Origin: Christensenella sp. UBA3217
Lineage (GTDB): Bacteria > Bacillota > Clostridia > Christensenellales > CAG-1252
Length of the DNA stretch: 64,000 nucleotides
Assembly (NCBI GenBank): GCA_002363545.1
Contig: DEWF01000001.1
Coordinates: 307,049 to 371,048, forward strand
Reading direction: 5' to 3'
This document shows, piece by piece, positions 1 through 8,166 of this stretch. Position numbers and translations under genes: made by a program. The notes beneath the pieces are model-generated. The model saw only the letters and a program-made list of their open reading frames with translations. It made no database searches and had not been told where the DNA came from. Numbering within the stretch: the stretch's first letter is position 1; every line of letters starts with the position of its first letter.

Positions 1-68
1 GATCCTTTTCTTTCTTTTCCTGCCTTTCTTCATATTTGACTATATGATGAAAAGCAGAAAAAGTTGCC

Positions 69-629
69 CTATTTTATTGCTCCCAGCGGTAACAACAAAG
101 GCGCGCGATATTCTCTTAGCAGTCCTTCATAAACAACGGTTGCACCCTCGATCAATGCAAAATCTTCCGGGGCGACCACTTCGCCAAGCAAGTTTTTTGC
201 GATGATCCCCGTTTTTTCAAAAAGATGCTTTACGAACTGACTGCAATAAAAGCAATGCTGGTTTTTTTGGTAATCAATGTGTTTACGCGCCTTCAAAAGC
301 CCGCGAAAGTTATAATGAAAGCGTTTGCGTTGCATCACGAATTCTCCCAAAACGTCTATCAATTTTTCAAATTCTTGCTCACTAACGGACAGTTCAAGCA
401 CTTTGGCTATCGTGTGCTTAAAGCGCTTAAAAGTCCCGCGCGACGGGCTTTCAATTACAAATCCGCCGTAAAAAAAGAGATACGCGTTTCGCCTTCCGAA
501 AGAATACATTTCCGCAAGATCATCATCCAAAGCAAGAGAGATATGGTTATAAGTATTGCCCGTATACCTTTTGATCAACTTGGAAAAAGCCGTTCCCGTT
601 TGCGTCATGACAAGATAAATCTTCTTCAT
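69..629 (-). CDS. YiiX/YaeF-type permuted papain-fold (NlpC/P60 superfamily) hydrolase, putative
   Basis: ORF 69..674. The codon at 674 is TTG, so the ATG at 629 (MKKIYLVMTQTG) is preferred. The His-before-Cys order (YNHISLAL ... QHCFYCSQFV) is the permuted catalytic arrangement of the YiiX/DUF830-type family. The start is uncertain. Confidence 0.6.
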   Translation of the reverse strand: MKKIYLVMTQTGTAFSKLIKRYTGNTYNHISLALDDDLAEMYSFGRRNAYLFFYGGFVIESPSRGTFKRFKHTIAKVLELSVSEQEFEKLIDVLGEFVMQRKRFHYNFRGLLKARKHIDYQKNQHCFYCSQFVKHLFEKTGIIAKNLLGEVVAPEDFALIEGATVVYEGLLREYRAPLLLPLGAIK

Positions 630-701
630 ACCAAACAGTATTATTGAACAGCGCAAAAAGATTATACAATGCAAACACGAATAGCGTCGAAAGAAAGAAG
701 A

Positions 702-1388
702 TCAAAGGGTTTTTAACAGGGCCGGTAGTTCGTCAAGCGACTTGATCTCACGGTTTGGAATGATGGCGGGGTCTTCACTTTCCCCTTTCGGATTATACCT
801 TATGGTAAATAGACCATAAGCATTTCCGCCTGAAATATCCGAAGATAAACTATCTCCGATCAAAACGGTTTCTTGAAGAGAAAAAGCGGGAATTTGGCTT
901 ACACAGTAGTCAAAAAACGCTTTTTGCGGCTTTACTGCGCCGATTTTTTGCGAAATAAACACGCGTTTGAAATAATTCCCGATTTTGGCACTTGCAATAC
1001 GCCCTTTTTGAGTAAATTCATATCCGTTGGTAACGGCATAGATAGAATAGGATCGAGAGAGGTGCTCCAAGACCGCACGCGCTCCCGGTTCTAATGCGGA
1101 AGTATTGGCAAGTTTTTGCATATACCGATCGGCAAACACTTCGGGAGTTGGCGGTGCATCATAACGTGATAAAAACACGCGAAAACGTTCGGTTTTAAGT
1201 TTTTCCCTTGTGATCTCCCCTTTTTCAAGGAGTTTCCACATACTGTCATTTATATGGCTGTAATCGGTAAGATCGCTATTGCTATATGGCAAAGAATAAC
1301 TATCCAAAGCGGCGGATAAAGCTTGGCGCTCACATGCTTTAAAATCAAATATCGTATCATCCAAGTCTAAAAGGATGGTTTTGATCAT
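702..1388 (-). CDS. HAD-IA family hydrolase, YjjG-like nucleotidase
   Basis: HAD motif I LLDLDDTIFDF, motif II YAVTNG and motif IV LIGDSLSSDISG are present. The ATG at 1388 overlaps the upstream stop as ATGA. Confidence 0.8.
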   Translation of the reverse strand: MIKTILLDLDDTIFDFKACERQALSAALDSYSLPYSNSDLTDYSHINDSMWKLLEKGEITREKLKTERFRVFLSRYDAPPTPEVFADRYMQKLANTSALEPGARAVLEHLSRSYSIYAVTNGYEFTQKGRIASAKIGNYFKRVFISQKIGAVKPQKAFFDYCVSQIPAFSLQETVLIGDSLSSDISGGNAYGLFTIRYNPKGESEDPAIIPNREIKSLDELPALLKTL

Positions 1389-2197
1389 ACGCTACCACCG
1401 CCCTTTGCCTCACCTTCTTTGGCTTGCTCTATGATTTTTTTGTATTTGCCAAAGGTATAACGGGGCTTGTTTTCCGTCCTATCTTTATATTCGATAGCAC
1501 GCACGGGGCAATTTTGTATACAAGACATACAAAACGTGCAGGTTTTCTTGGTCCAAACAGGCTTTCCGTCTTTAAGAGAAACTACGTTTAACGGACAATT
1601 GTTTTCGCATTTTTTACAGCCGATACAAGCATCTGTCACATAAAAGGGGGCTGTTTTGTACATATATTTGGTCCAAAGCGGCACAACCGGGTTAATAATG
1701 ATTTTTTCAAACAGCCAAACGTGCCTTTCTTTGATCTTTTGCCCCTTTCGTATGGCTTCGCTTACCTGATCGAGCTTTTTATAAGAGGTAAGCAAGCGAT
1801 CTTTGATCTCATCTTCGGTATTTGGCGGATAATGCCCGCTGACCACGTAATTCCTCGGCATATGAAATTCCGCCCCACCCAGAAACTTTAACCCGAGTTT
1901 CCGTGCAATATGTTTGCCGATATTAGCGCTCATGCCGGCATAGCCGGCACTTGTAAACACAAAATAAAGGTTTTTATTACCGCTTAACCGCATTTTCCTA
2001 AAAAAATCAACAAGAAAAACGGGGATAGCGCAGATATATACAGGACAACAAAGGATGAACGGCGTCTCAGAGGAAACTTCCAGCGGAATATCTCGTTTCA
2101 CATAATCAAGAATATTCAAACAATTATCCCCCAAACGGGAAGCAAGTTCCTTTGCAATAAACTCGGTGTTGCCTGTTGCAGAATAATATATGATCAT
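1385..2197 (-). CDS. flavodoxin-like domain fused to a 2x[4Fe-4S] ferredoxin domain (EFR1-type ferredoxin)
   Basis: The N-terminus MIIYYSATGNTEFIAKELA is flavodoxin-like. The C-terminus has two clusters, CIGCKKCENNCP and CTFCMSCIQNCP. An AGGAGA RBS lies upstream of the ATG at 2197. Confidence 0.75.
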   Translation of the reverse strand: MIIYYSATGNTEFIAKELASRLGDNCLNILDYVKRDIPLEVSSETPFILCCPVYICAIPVFLVDFFRKMRLSGNKNLYFVFTSAGYAGMSANIGKHIARKLGLKFLGGAEFHMPRNYVVSGHYPPNTEDEIKDRLLTSYKKLDQVSEAIRKGQKIKERHVWLFEKIIINPVVPLWTKYMYKTAPFYVTDACIGCKKCENNCPLNVVSLKDGKPVWTKKTCTFCMSCIQNCPVRAIEYKDRTENKPRYTFGKYKKIIEQAKEGEAKGGGSV

Positions 2198-2211
2198 TGT
2201 TTCTCCTAATT

Positions 2212-2231
2212 AAATAAGATGAATCTTATTT
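2212..2231. promoter_or_regulatory. perfect 20-bp palindrome (9-bp arms, 2-bp centre) in the 5' leader of the flavodoxin/ferredoxin operon; candidate operator or leader hairpin
   Basis: The sequence is AAATAAGAT-GA-ATCTTATTT. It lies between the predicted promoter (2269..2297) and the RBS. Confidence 0.3.
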
Positions 2232-2268
2232 ATAATAAACGAACCGGTCGGCTTGTAATCTTTATTTG

Positions 2269-2297
2269 ATTATACGCGAACAAGAGCAAAAAGTCAA
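2269..2297 (-). promoter_or_regulatory. sigma-A type promoter for the flavodoxin/ferredoxin-HAD-YiiX operon
   Basis: On the minus strand: TTGACT (2297..2292), a 17-nt spacer, then TATAAT (2274..2269). Both hexamers are at or near consensus. Confidence 0.55.
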
Positions 2298-2338
2298 TTT
2301 GGATAAGAATATCTAACGAAAAATGGTTGGGGAAAAAG

Positions 2339-2529
2339 AAAAAGGCACCAAATGGTGCCTCTGGTGCGGAAAACGGGACATCTATCTCTTGCCGGGGTTG
2401 CAAATGCTCCTCCGCATTTGTCGGCAACAATAACGCTAAAGCAATTTGTCTGTTGCCGAACACAACCCGTTCAAGTCCCGTACAAATAAAAAAGGCACCA
2501 AATGGTGCCTCTGGTGCGGAAAACGGGAC
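2339..2529 (-). repeat. perfect 41-bp direct repeat (2339..2379 and 2489..2529) duplicating the tRNA-Leu 3' end and its terminator, flanking a 109-bp structured unit
   Basis: Both copies read aaaaaggcaccaaatggtgcctctggtgcggaaaacgggac on the + strand. See the finding for the proposed helices. Confidence 0.9.
2484..2510 (-). terminator. intrinsic terminator after tRNA-Leu; an identical copy lies at 2334..2360
   Basis: On the minus strand the hairpin AGGCACC-ATTT-GGTGCCT is followed by TTTTTTATTTG. Confidence 0.8.
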
Positions 2530-2598
2530 TTGAACCCACACAGTATTGCTACCACAAGAACCTGAATCTTGCGCGTCTGCCAATTCCGCCATTTCCGC
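2512..2598 (-). tRNA. tRNA-Leu (anticodon CAG), type II with long variable arm, CCA encoded
   Basis: The minus-strand sequence is GCGGAAATGGCGGAATTGGCAGACGCGCAAGATTCAGGTTCTTGTGGTAGCAATACTGTGTGGGTTCAAGTCCCGTTTTCCGCACCA. The acceptor stem is GCGGAAA/TTTCCGC. The anticodon stem is CAAGA/TCTTG with loop TTCAGGT. The T-loop is TTCAAGT. Confidence 0.93.
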
Positions 2599-2610
2599 TT
2601 TTATGCACTT

Positions 2611-2639
2611 ATTTTAGCGGTAAAAACGCGTAAAGTCAA
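2611..2639 (-). promoter_or_regulatory. sigma-A type promoter of tRNA-Leu
   Basis: On the minus strand: TTGACT (2639..2634), a 17-nt spacer, then TAAAAT (2616..2611). This puts the TSS about 6 nt before the mature tRNA 5' end. The -35 overlaps the slt stop codon. Confidence 0.6.
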
Positions 2640-3208
2640 TCAAAAGCAACGAATTTCTTATTGCGATAATAGCTTATTGCCCGTTCAACTTTTGCAACGT
2701 AATTCTTGGTTTCCACGTATGGGATAGACTCTTGTGAACTTAGCCCGGCATTTAACCAACTACGAACAACGCCCTCACCCGCATTGTAGGCAGCAAAAAC
2801 CTGCCAATCTTCATCAAATTTCGTAAAAAGATAGGATAAATAAAAAATACCAAATTGAAGGTTGATATCTGCGTTATATAGATCTGAAATCTTATAATCC
2901 GGATATCCAAGAGTCTTCGCAATCCATTCTCCCGTTTGCGGCATGATCTGCATAATCCCGATCGCCCCCGAAGGAGATTTTGCTTTACTATTATAATGAC
3001 TTTCCGTATCACAAACGGCAAAACTAACAACAGATGGCACCCCATACAAAGCGGAATACTCATTGATCTTATCTGCATATCTTCGAGCGGTTGCATCACA
3101 AGAAAACATGCAAAATAAGCATAAAATTAATACAATTATTATGATAATTCGCTTAAAATAGAATAGTATTGGGCTTTTACCGTAGCTCGCAAAGCAACAA
3201 GATCCCAC
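2636..3208 (-). CDS. lytic transglycosylase (SLT domain), lipoprotein-like or membrane-anchored
   Basis: SLT motifs are CDTESHYN, AIGIMQIMPQTGEW and AAYNAGEG. The N-terminus KRIIIIIVLILCLFCMFSC resembles a signal or lipoprotein peptide, so the start must lie upstream of it. The only candidate is the GTG at 3208, which has no SD and overlaps coaE by 70 nt. The start is uncertain. Confidence 0.78.
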   Translation of the reverse strand: MGSCCFASYGKSPILFYFKRIIIIIVLILCLFCMFSCDATARRYADKINEYSALYGVPSVVSFAVCDTESHYNSKAKSPSGAIGIMQIMPQTGEWIAKTLGYPDYKISDLYNADINLQFGIFYLSYLFTKFDEDWQVFAAYNAGEGVVRSWLNAGLSSQESIPYVETKNYVAKVERAISYYRNKKFVAFD

Positions 3209-3711
3209 CTATTATCAATCACAAGATCTGCTTTTTGCCTGATCTTATCTTCTCCCTTTTGCAATGCAATGATACGTTCTACCCTATCAAGATCCAATCC
3301 ATCGCGTTTTGCAACACGCTGAACACGGATAGCAATATCACAATCAACGTACCACACTTTATCAAAAGAAAAATCGATTTCACTCAAAAGCGGGATCTCG
3401 TAAAACACGACTGCGGCATCCGAGTATGCACCAAGCATTCTTTGCATGATCAGCGGATGTGCAATGTCCATGAGCGCCCTTCTCTTGCTCTCATCGGAAT
3501 AAATGCAATTTGCAAGCTCCTTTTTGTTGATAACACGATTATGGACCACAGTAGGAAAAGTATTCTCTATTATTCGAATATAAGAAGGATCACACAAAAG
3601 TTCAGCGTTTACTTCATCTGCAACCACGACCTTTGCCCCCAATTCACGCAAAACGGCGGTGACGGCGCTTTTTCCGCTGCCGATCCCGCCCGCAATGGCA
3701 ATACGGATCAT
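3139..3711 (-). CDS. coaE: dephospho-CoA kinase
   Basis: The P-loop is IAIAGGIGSGKS. The ATG at 3711 follows a GGAGGCAAA RBS and overlaps the polA stop as ATGA. It sits in the classic position after polA. Confidence 0.9.
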   Translation of the reverse strand: MIRIAIAGGIGSGKSAVTAVLRELGAKVVVADEVNAELLCDPSYIRIIENTFPTVVHNRVINKKELANCIYSDESKRRALMDIAHPLIMQRMLGAYSDAAVVFYEIPLLSEIDFSFDKVWYVDCDIAIRVQRVAKRDGLDLDRVERIIALQKGEDKIRQKADLVIDNRWDLVALRATVKAQYYSILSELS

Positions 3712-6245
3712 TTTGCCTCCTTCCACGTTTCGCCGCACGCTACGTTTACACTAAGCGGCACCTTAAGGGTCATAACACCTTCCATTTCTCGGCGCAAGAT
3801 CTCGCTCACGGTTTCAATTTCATCCTTAGGACAATCGATGATCAACTCGTCATGCACTTGCAAGATGATCTTTGCGGCACAATTTGCCTCATTTAACGCC
3901 TTATAAACACGGATCATTGCCAATTTGATAATATCTGCGGCAGTTCCTTGCAGCGGCATATTCAAAGCCGCACGCTCGCCAAAACTTCTTACGGCATAAT
4001 TAGAGCTTGAAATCTCAGGCAAAGAGCGGATCCTACCCATTTTTGTAACCACGTAGCCGTGTTCTTTGGCAAAAGCCACCGATCCTTGCATAAAATCTCG
4101 TATACGAGGATAAGTATCCAAGTATTTTGCAATGAATTCGTGAGCCTCTTTTACGCTACAACCCACGTTTTTGGACAAACCGAAGTCACTAATACCGTAA
4201 ATAATACCAAAATTGACCGCTTTTGCATCACGACGCATTTTGGATGTGACCGCGTCCTCCGCCACACCGAAGATCTTTGCCGCCGTGGCGGCGTGAATAT
4301 CCATCCCACGATTAAAGGCGTCTATCAGGCTTTCATCCGCCGAAAAATCGGCCAAAAGTCTTAATTCTATTTGAGAATAATCGGCCGAGATCAACAAATT
4401 ACCATCGCTTGGTATAAAAGCGGCGCGGATCTCACGCCCCTCAGCCTCACGCACGGGAATGTTTTGCAAATTTGGCTCGGAAGAGGATAAACGCCCCGTA
4501 GAAGTAAGGGCTTGATGGAACCTTGTGTGGATGCGGCCACGCGGGTCGATCATAGATTTCATCGCGATCAAATAGGTGGATAACAGCTTGGAAAGCAGCC
4601 TATAGCGAAGTATTTCCGAGATAATGGGATGCAGTTCTTCCAATTCGGATAAAACTTCCGCTCCGGTAGAGCGTTTTTTACCGGAAGGCAGTTGCAAATC
4701 GTCAAATAGCACTTCCGAAAGCTGTTTGGGAGAATTGATGTTGAATTCCTTACCGGCAAGAGCGTAGATTTTTTCCGCAACCGACTGCAATTCCGTAGAA
4801 TAACGCACGGAAAGCGCGTCCAAAGCCACACGATCCACGCGGAAACCGCACTTTTCCATGTCATACAGCACGGGAACGAGGGGCAATTCGATCTCTTCAT
4901 AAACACGCAAAGAGTTCGCTTGTACCATTTTTTTGCGCAAAAGTCCTTCCAAGCAAAGCAAACCCGACGCGATGCCTTCCTCATTCAAGCCGTAACGCGT
5001 TAAAAGTTCTTGCGGTTTTTCATAATACGCACCGCAATCCGCTATATACGCCATAAGCATAATGTCTTGTGCGGAAAAGATCTCCTTTTGATCCATTTCA
5101 AACAACCGATAGTTATTTTTTAAGTCAAACACCACAGTTTGAATGGATTTATCGGTCACAATGGCGCGAATTTCACGCAAAATATCATCGTAAGACAAGG
5201 TTTCCCCGAAAAGATCGTAAGAATAGCGAACGATCACGTTTTTATCTTGCTCGCAGGCAATATCTACGCGCTCATCCGATACGTAAAAGGCTATTTTATT
5301 CTTCTCTTCACAAGTTTTTATAAATGCTTTCAGCGCCGAAAGGTCTGTTATTTCCGATATTTCACATTCGGCAGAAACAGTTTCATCTGCAACAGGCTCC
5401 GCAAAAGCAAAACGATCAGTCAATTTACGGAATTCGTATCCATCCATCAACTTTTTCGCTTGATACGGAAGAGGTTCCGAAAAGCGGTATGCGGAAAAAT
5501 CTCCGCTATCGATAGGCGCATCCGTCACGATAGTTGCAAGCCAATGGGAAAACTCTGCGCTTTCACGCCCTGTCAGCAGCTTTTCCTGCATTTTCCCTTT
5601 GATCTCATCTATGTGAGCGTAAAGATTCTCTATCGTGCCGTATTTTAGCACAAGATCAAGCGCCGTTTTCTCTCCAACGCCGGGGACGCCGGGGATATTA
5701 TCCGAATGATCCCCCATCAAAGATTTCAATTCAATGATCCCACCGGGAGTTAGTCCTTCTTCACGAAGTACTTCAGGCGTATAGCGGATCACATCGGTGA
5801 TGCCTTTTTTTGTATGCAACACCGTGGTTTTATCCGATACAAGCTGTAAAACGTCCTTATCACCGCTCACGATAACGGTGGGCATATCACTTCGCGCGGC
5901 AAGGGTACCGATAATATCATCCGCCTCAAACCCGGGAAGTTCCACTACCGCAATGCCCATTGCTTGCAAAAGCTCCTTCATGGCGGGCACTTGTGCTTTC
6001 AGTTCTTCCGGCATGGGATGACGCTTTGCTTTGTATCCATCGTATCTTAAATGGCGGAAGGTTGGTTGATGCACGTCAAACGCCGCCACGATATGGGTGG
6101 GACGTTCGCTTTTGATCAATTTGGAAAGCATTGAAACAAATCCGTACAAGGCACCGGTGTATCTGCCGCTGTGATCTTGCAAGGTCGGTAGTGCGTAAAA
6201 CGCGCGATTGATCAAACTATTACTATCTAAAAGCAATAACTTCAT
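3708..6245 (-). CDS. polA: DNA polymerase I
   Basis: The 5' nuclease region has LLLDSNSLINRAFYA and GVPGVGEKTALDLV. The polymerase motifs are A LISADYSQIELR, B RRDAKAVNFGIIYG and C LQVHDEL. The protein is 845 aa. Confidence 0.97.
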   Translation of the reverse strand: MKLLLLDSNSLINRAFYALPTLQDHSGRYTGALYGFVSMLSKLIKSERPTHIVAAFDVHQPTFRHLRYDGYKAKRHPMPEELKAQVPAMKELLQAMGIAVVELPGFEADDIIGTLAARSDMPTVIVSGDKDVLQLVSDKTTVLHTKKGITDVIRYTPEVLREEGLTPGGIIELKSLMGDHSDNIPGVPGVGEKTALDLVLKYGTIENLYAHIDEIKGKMQEKLLTGRESAEFSHWLATIVTDAPIDSGDFSAYRFSEPLPYQAKKLMDGYEFRKLTDRFAFAEPVADETVSAECEISEITDLSALKAFIKTCEEKNKIAFYVSDERVDIACEQDKNVIVRYSYDLFGETLSYDDILREIRAIVTDKSIQTVVFDLKNNYRLFEMDQKEIFSAQDIMLMAYIADCGAYYEKPQELLTRYGLNEEGIASGLLCLEGLLRKKMVQANSLRVYEEIELPLVPVLYDMEKCGFRVDRVALDALSVRYSTELQSVAEKIYALAGKEFNINSPKQLSEVLFDDLQLPSGKKRSTGAEVLSELEELHPIISEILRYRLLSKLLSTYLIAMKSMIDPRGRIHTRFHQALTSTGRLSSSEPNLQNIPVREAEGREIRAAFIPSDGNLLISADYSQIELRLLADFSADESLIDAFNRGMDIHAATAAKIFGVAEDAVTSKMRRDAKAVNFGIIYGISDFGLSKNVGCSVKEAHEFIAKYLDTYPRIRDFMQGSVAFAKEHGYVVTKMGRIRSLPEISSSNYAVRSFGERAALNMPLQGTAADIIKLAMIRVYKALNEANCAAKIILQVHDELIIDCPKDEIETVSEILRREMEGVMTLKVPLSVNVACGETWKEAK

Positions 6246-6316
6246 ACCATCATTATATCCTATTTACTTTTTATAAACAATTACTTTCTCTATTTATCTT
6301 TTTTTATGAAGAAAGT

Positions 6317-6346
6317 TTGACACATTCCGACTTAACCTTTTATAAT
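6317..6346 (+). promoter_or_regulatory. sigma-A type promoter of the Na/Pi cotransporter gene
   Basis: TTGACA (6317..6322), an 18-nt spacer, then TATAAT (6341..6346). Only 8 nt separate the -10 from the ATG at 6355. Confidence 0.55.
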
Positions 6347-6354
6347 TTAGATAT

Positions 6355-8046
6355 ATGGGTGACTTAGCGAAATACATTTTATTATTACTCGCCGGACTCG
6401 GTGCCATGATGTTCGGTATGCAGGTGCTCAGCGACAGCCTTACCAAGTTATCCGGTAAAAAGCTTCGCGGTGCCCTTTCCCGTCTTACTTCCAATCGTTT
6501 TAACGGAATCTTTATCGGCGGCACCGTCAGCGCGGTGATCCACAGTTCCGCCGCAACCACGGTTATGGTGGTGGGTCTTGTTAATTCGGGCATTCTTACT
6601 TTGTTCCAAGCGTCCTCCATCATCATGGGTGCCAATATCGGCACAACGGTGACAGGCCTTATGCTTTCCTTGCAGTCCCTGCCCATCACCGAGATTTTTG
6701 CCGCCCTCGCTTTTGTGGGTATTGTAATGATCCTTTTTACGAAAAAGCCCTTCTTCAAAGCGCTTGCATACGTTTTGATCGGGTTTGGTTTACTGTTTGT
6801 GGGTATGAACGTGATGAGCTCATCCATGAAAAGCATCATCAACTCACATGAGAATATCAAAGACCTGTTCTGGAAGGTGAAAAATCCGCTCCTTCTACTC
6901 CTACTTGGCGCCCTTTTGACCGCCATTATGCAAAGTTCCACCACCATGACGGCGATCCTCATCGTGCTTGCCACAAACGGTCTTATCCGCTTGGAAAGTG
7001 CGATCTACGTGGTGCTTGGCATGAACCTAGGCACCTGCGCAACCTCTTTAATCGCGTCCATTGGGGCCAACACCAACAGTAAGCGTGCGGCAATGTTCCA
7101 CTTAATGTTCAACTTGATCGGCACCGTTATATTCTTCTGCTTGCTGTATATCCCGCCGCTCAAAAACTGGCTTGTGCATAGCGTGCTATTTGGCAACAAC
7201 CCCAACAAGATAGCATACAGCATTGCCATTTTCCACGCTGTTTTCAATCTGACCACCACAGCCATTCTCGTTCCCTTTGTGAACCCCTTTGTAAAAGCGG
7301 TTTCCAAATTGGTGCCCGAAAAGAAGCCCAAAAACGAGGACGATCAAATGCATCTTCGTTATATAGACGAAAGATTCCTTGTCACTTCTTCCATTGCCGT
7401 GGGTGAGTGTAAGAGAGAGATCTGCTACATGGCGGAGCGCGCGTTCAAGAACTTTACCCTTTCCATTGACAGCATTATTGACGTTGACCTTTCTAAAAAG
7501 GAAGACTTTGAAAAGCGCGAAAGAAAAATAGACTTTTTGAACAAAGAGATCACAAAATACCTTGTAAAACTTACTTCCTCCAACATTTCCGAAGAAGACG
7601 AGCGCATGATAGCCACCTACTATCACGTGATCACCGACTTGGAGCGTATTGGCGATTATGCGGAAAACATTATCGAATATACCCAACGTTTGATAGACGA
7701 TGGAACCCGTTTTTCTCCCGCCGCTGTGGAAGAACTAAAGGAGATCTATGCTTGCATCTCCAACCTGTACCTCTCTTCCGTTCAGGCTTTCAATTATCAG
7801 GATCTCAATGCGCTTATGCAAGCGGAGATCTATGAGGAAAGGGTGGATAACACCAAGGACAAACTTTCCGCCGCGCATATCGAAAGGCTGGAAAACAAGG
7901 AGTGTTCCGTGGAAAACGGCGCGGTCTTCCTCTCCCTGTTAAACGACTTGGAGCGTATTGCAGACCACCTTTTCAATATGGCAAAATCCATTAAAGAATA
8001 CACCCAGGGCATTGTTGTGCAAACCGAAGGTGTTGTGATCAAATAA
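6355..8046 (+). CDS. Na+/phosphate cotransporter family protein with C-terminal PhoU-like repeats (YjbB/NptA-like)
   Basis: The two transporter repeats are IIMGANIGTTVTGLM and VVLGMNLGTCATSLIAS. The C-terminal PhoU-like pair is DLERIGDYAENIIEY and DLERIADHLFNMAKS. This is the only protein gene on the + strand. Confidence 0.9.
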   Translation: MGDLAKYILLLLAGLGAMMFGMQVLSDSLTKLSGKKLRGALSRLTSNRFNGIFIGGTVSAVIHSSAATTVMVVGLVNSGILTLFQASSIIMGANIGTTVTGLMLSLQSLPITEIFAALAFVGIVMILFTKKPFFKALAYVLIGFGLLFVGMNVMSSSMKSIINSHENIKDLFWKVKNPLLLLLLGALLTAIMQSSTTMTAILIVLATNGLIRLESAIYVVLGMNLGTCATSLIASIGANTNSKRAAMFHLMFNLIGTVIFFCLLYIPPLKNWLVHSVLFGNNPNKIAYSIAIFHAVFNLTTTAILVPFVNPFVKAVSKLVPEKKPKNEDDQMHLRYIDERFLVTSSIAVGECKREICYMAERAFKNFTLSIDSIIDVDLSKKEDFEKRERKIDFLNKEITKYLVKLTSSNISEEDERMIATYYHVITDLERIGDYAENIIEYTQRLIDDGTRFSPAAVEELKEIYACISNLYLSSVQAFNYQDLNALMQAEIYEERVDNTKDKLSAAHIERLENKECSVENGAVFLSLLNDLERIADHLFNMAKSIKEYTQGIVVQTEGVVIK

Positions 8047-8071
8047 AACCTTATTCAAAACAATAAAAAGG

Positions 8072-8104
8072 AAACCACCGGTCAATGCGGTGGTTTTTCT
8101 TTTT
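8072..8104 (+). terminator. intrinsic terminator of the Na/Pi cotransporter gene
   Basis: The hairpin AAACCACCG-gtcaatg-CGGTGGTTT is followed by a T-run. Confidence 0.75.
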
Positions 8105-8125
8105 GCAACATAAAAAATGATAATC

Positions 8126-8156
8126 AAAAAGCCCGCATTTTCGGCGGGCTTTATTC
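8126..8156 (-). terminator. intrinsic terminator after efp (hairpin is symmetric and possibly bidirectional)
   Basis: The hairpin AAAGCCCGC/GCGGGCTTT has 9 bp. It has a T-run on the minus-strand side and TTTATTCTT on the + side. Confidence 0.75.
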
Positions 8157-8166
8157 TTAAAAGATA

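Noticed and set aside
2461-2490. A possible second tRNA on the + strand, because GTTCAAGTCCCG (a T-loop-like sequence) occurs there.
   Set aside because: No complementary T-stem, acceptor stem or anticodon arm can be drawn. It is an inverted partial copy of the tRNA-Leu T-arm.
2230-2592. A 120-aa minus-strand ORF and a 68-aa + strand ORF (2327..2533) with the internally repeated peptide KKAPNGASGAENGT.
   Set aside because: They read straight through tRNA-Leu, its terminator and the 41-bp duplicate. The peptide repeat is a by-product of the DNA repeat.
3169-3906. A 245-aa ORF on the + strand.
   Set aside because: It is antisense to coaE and the polA 3' end.
6294-6974. A 226-aa ORF on the minus strand.
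   Set aside because: It is antisense to the Na/Pi cotransporter, whose repeats and PhoU-like domains are clear. The real polA start lies at 6245.
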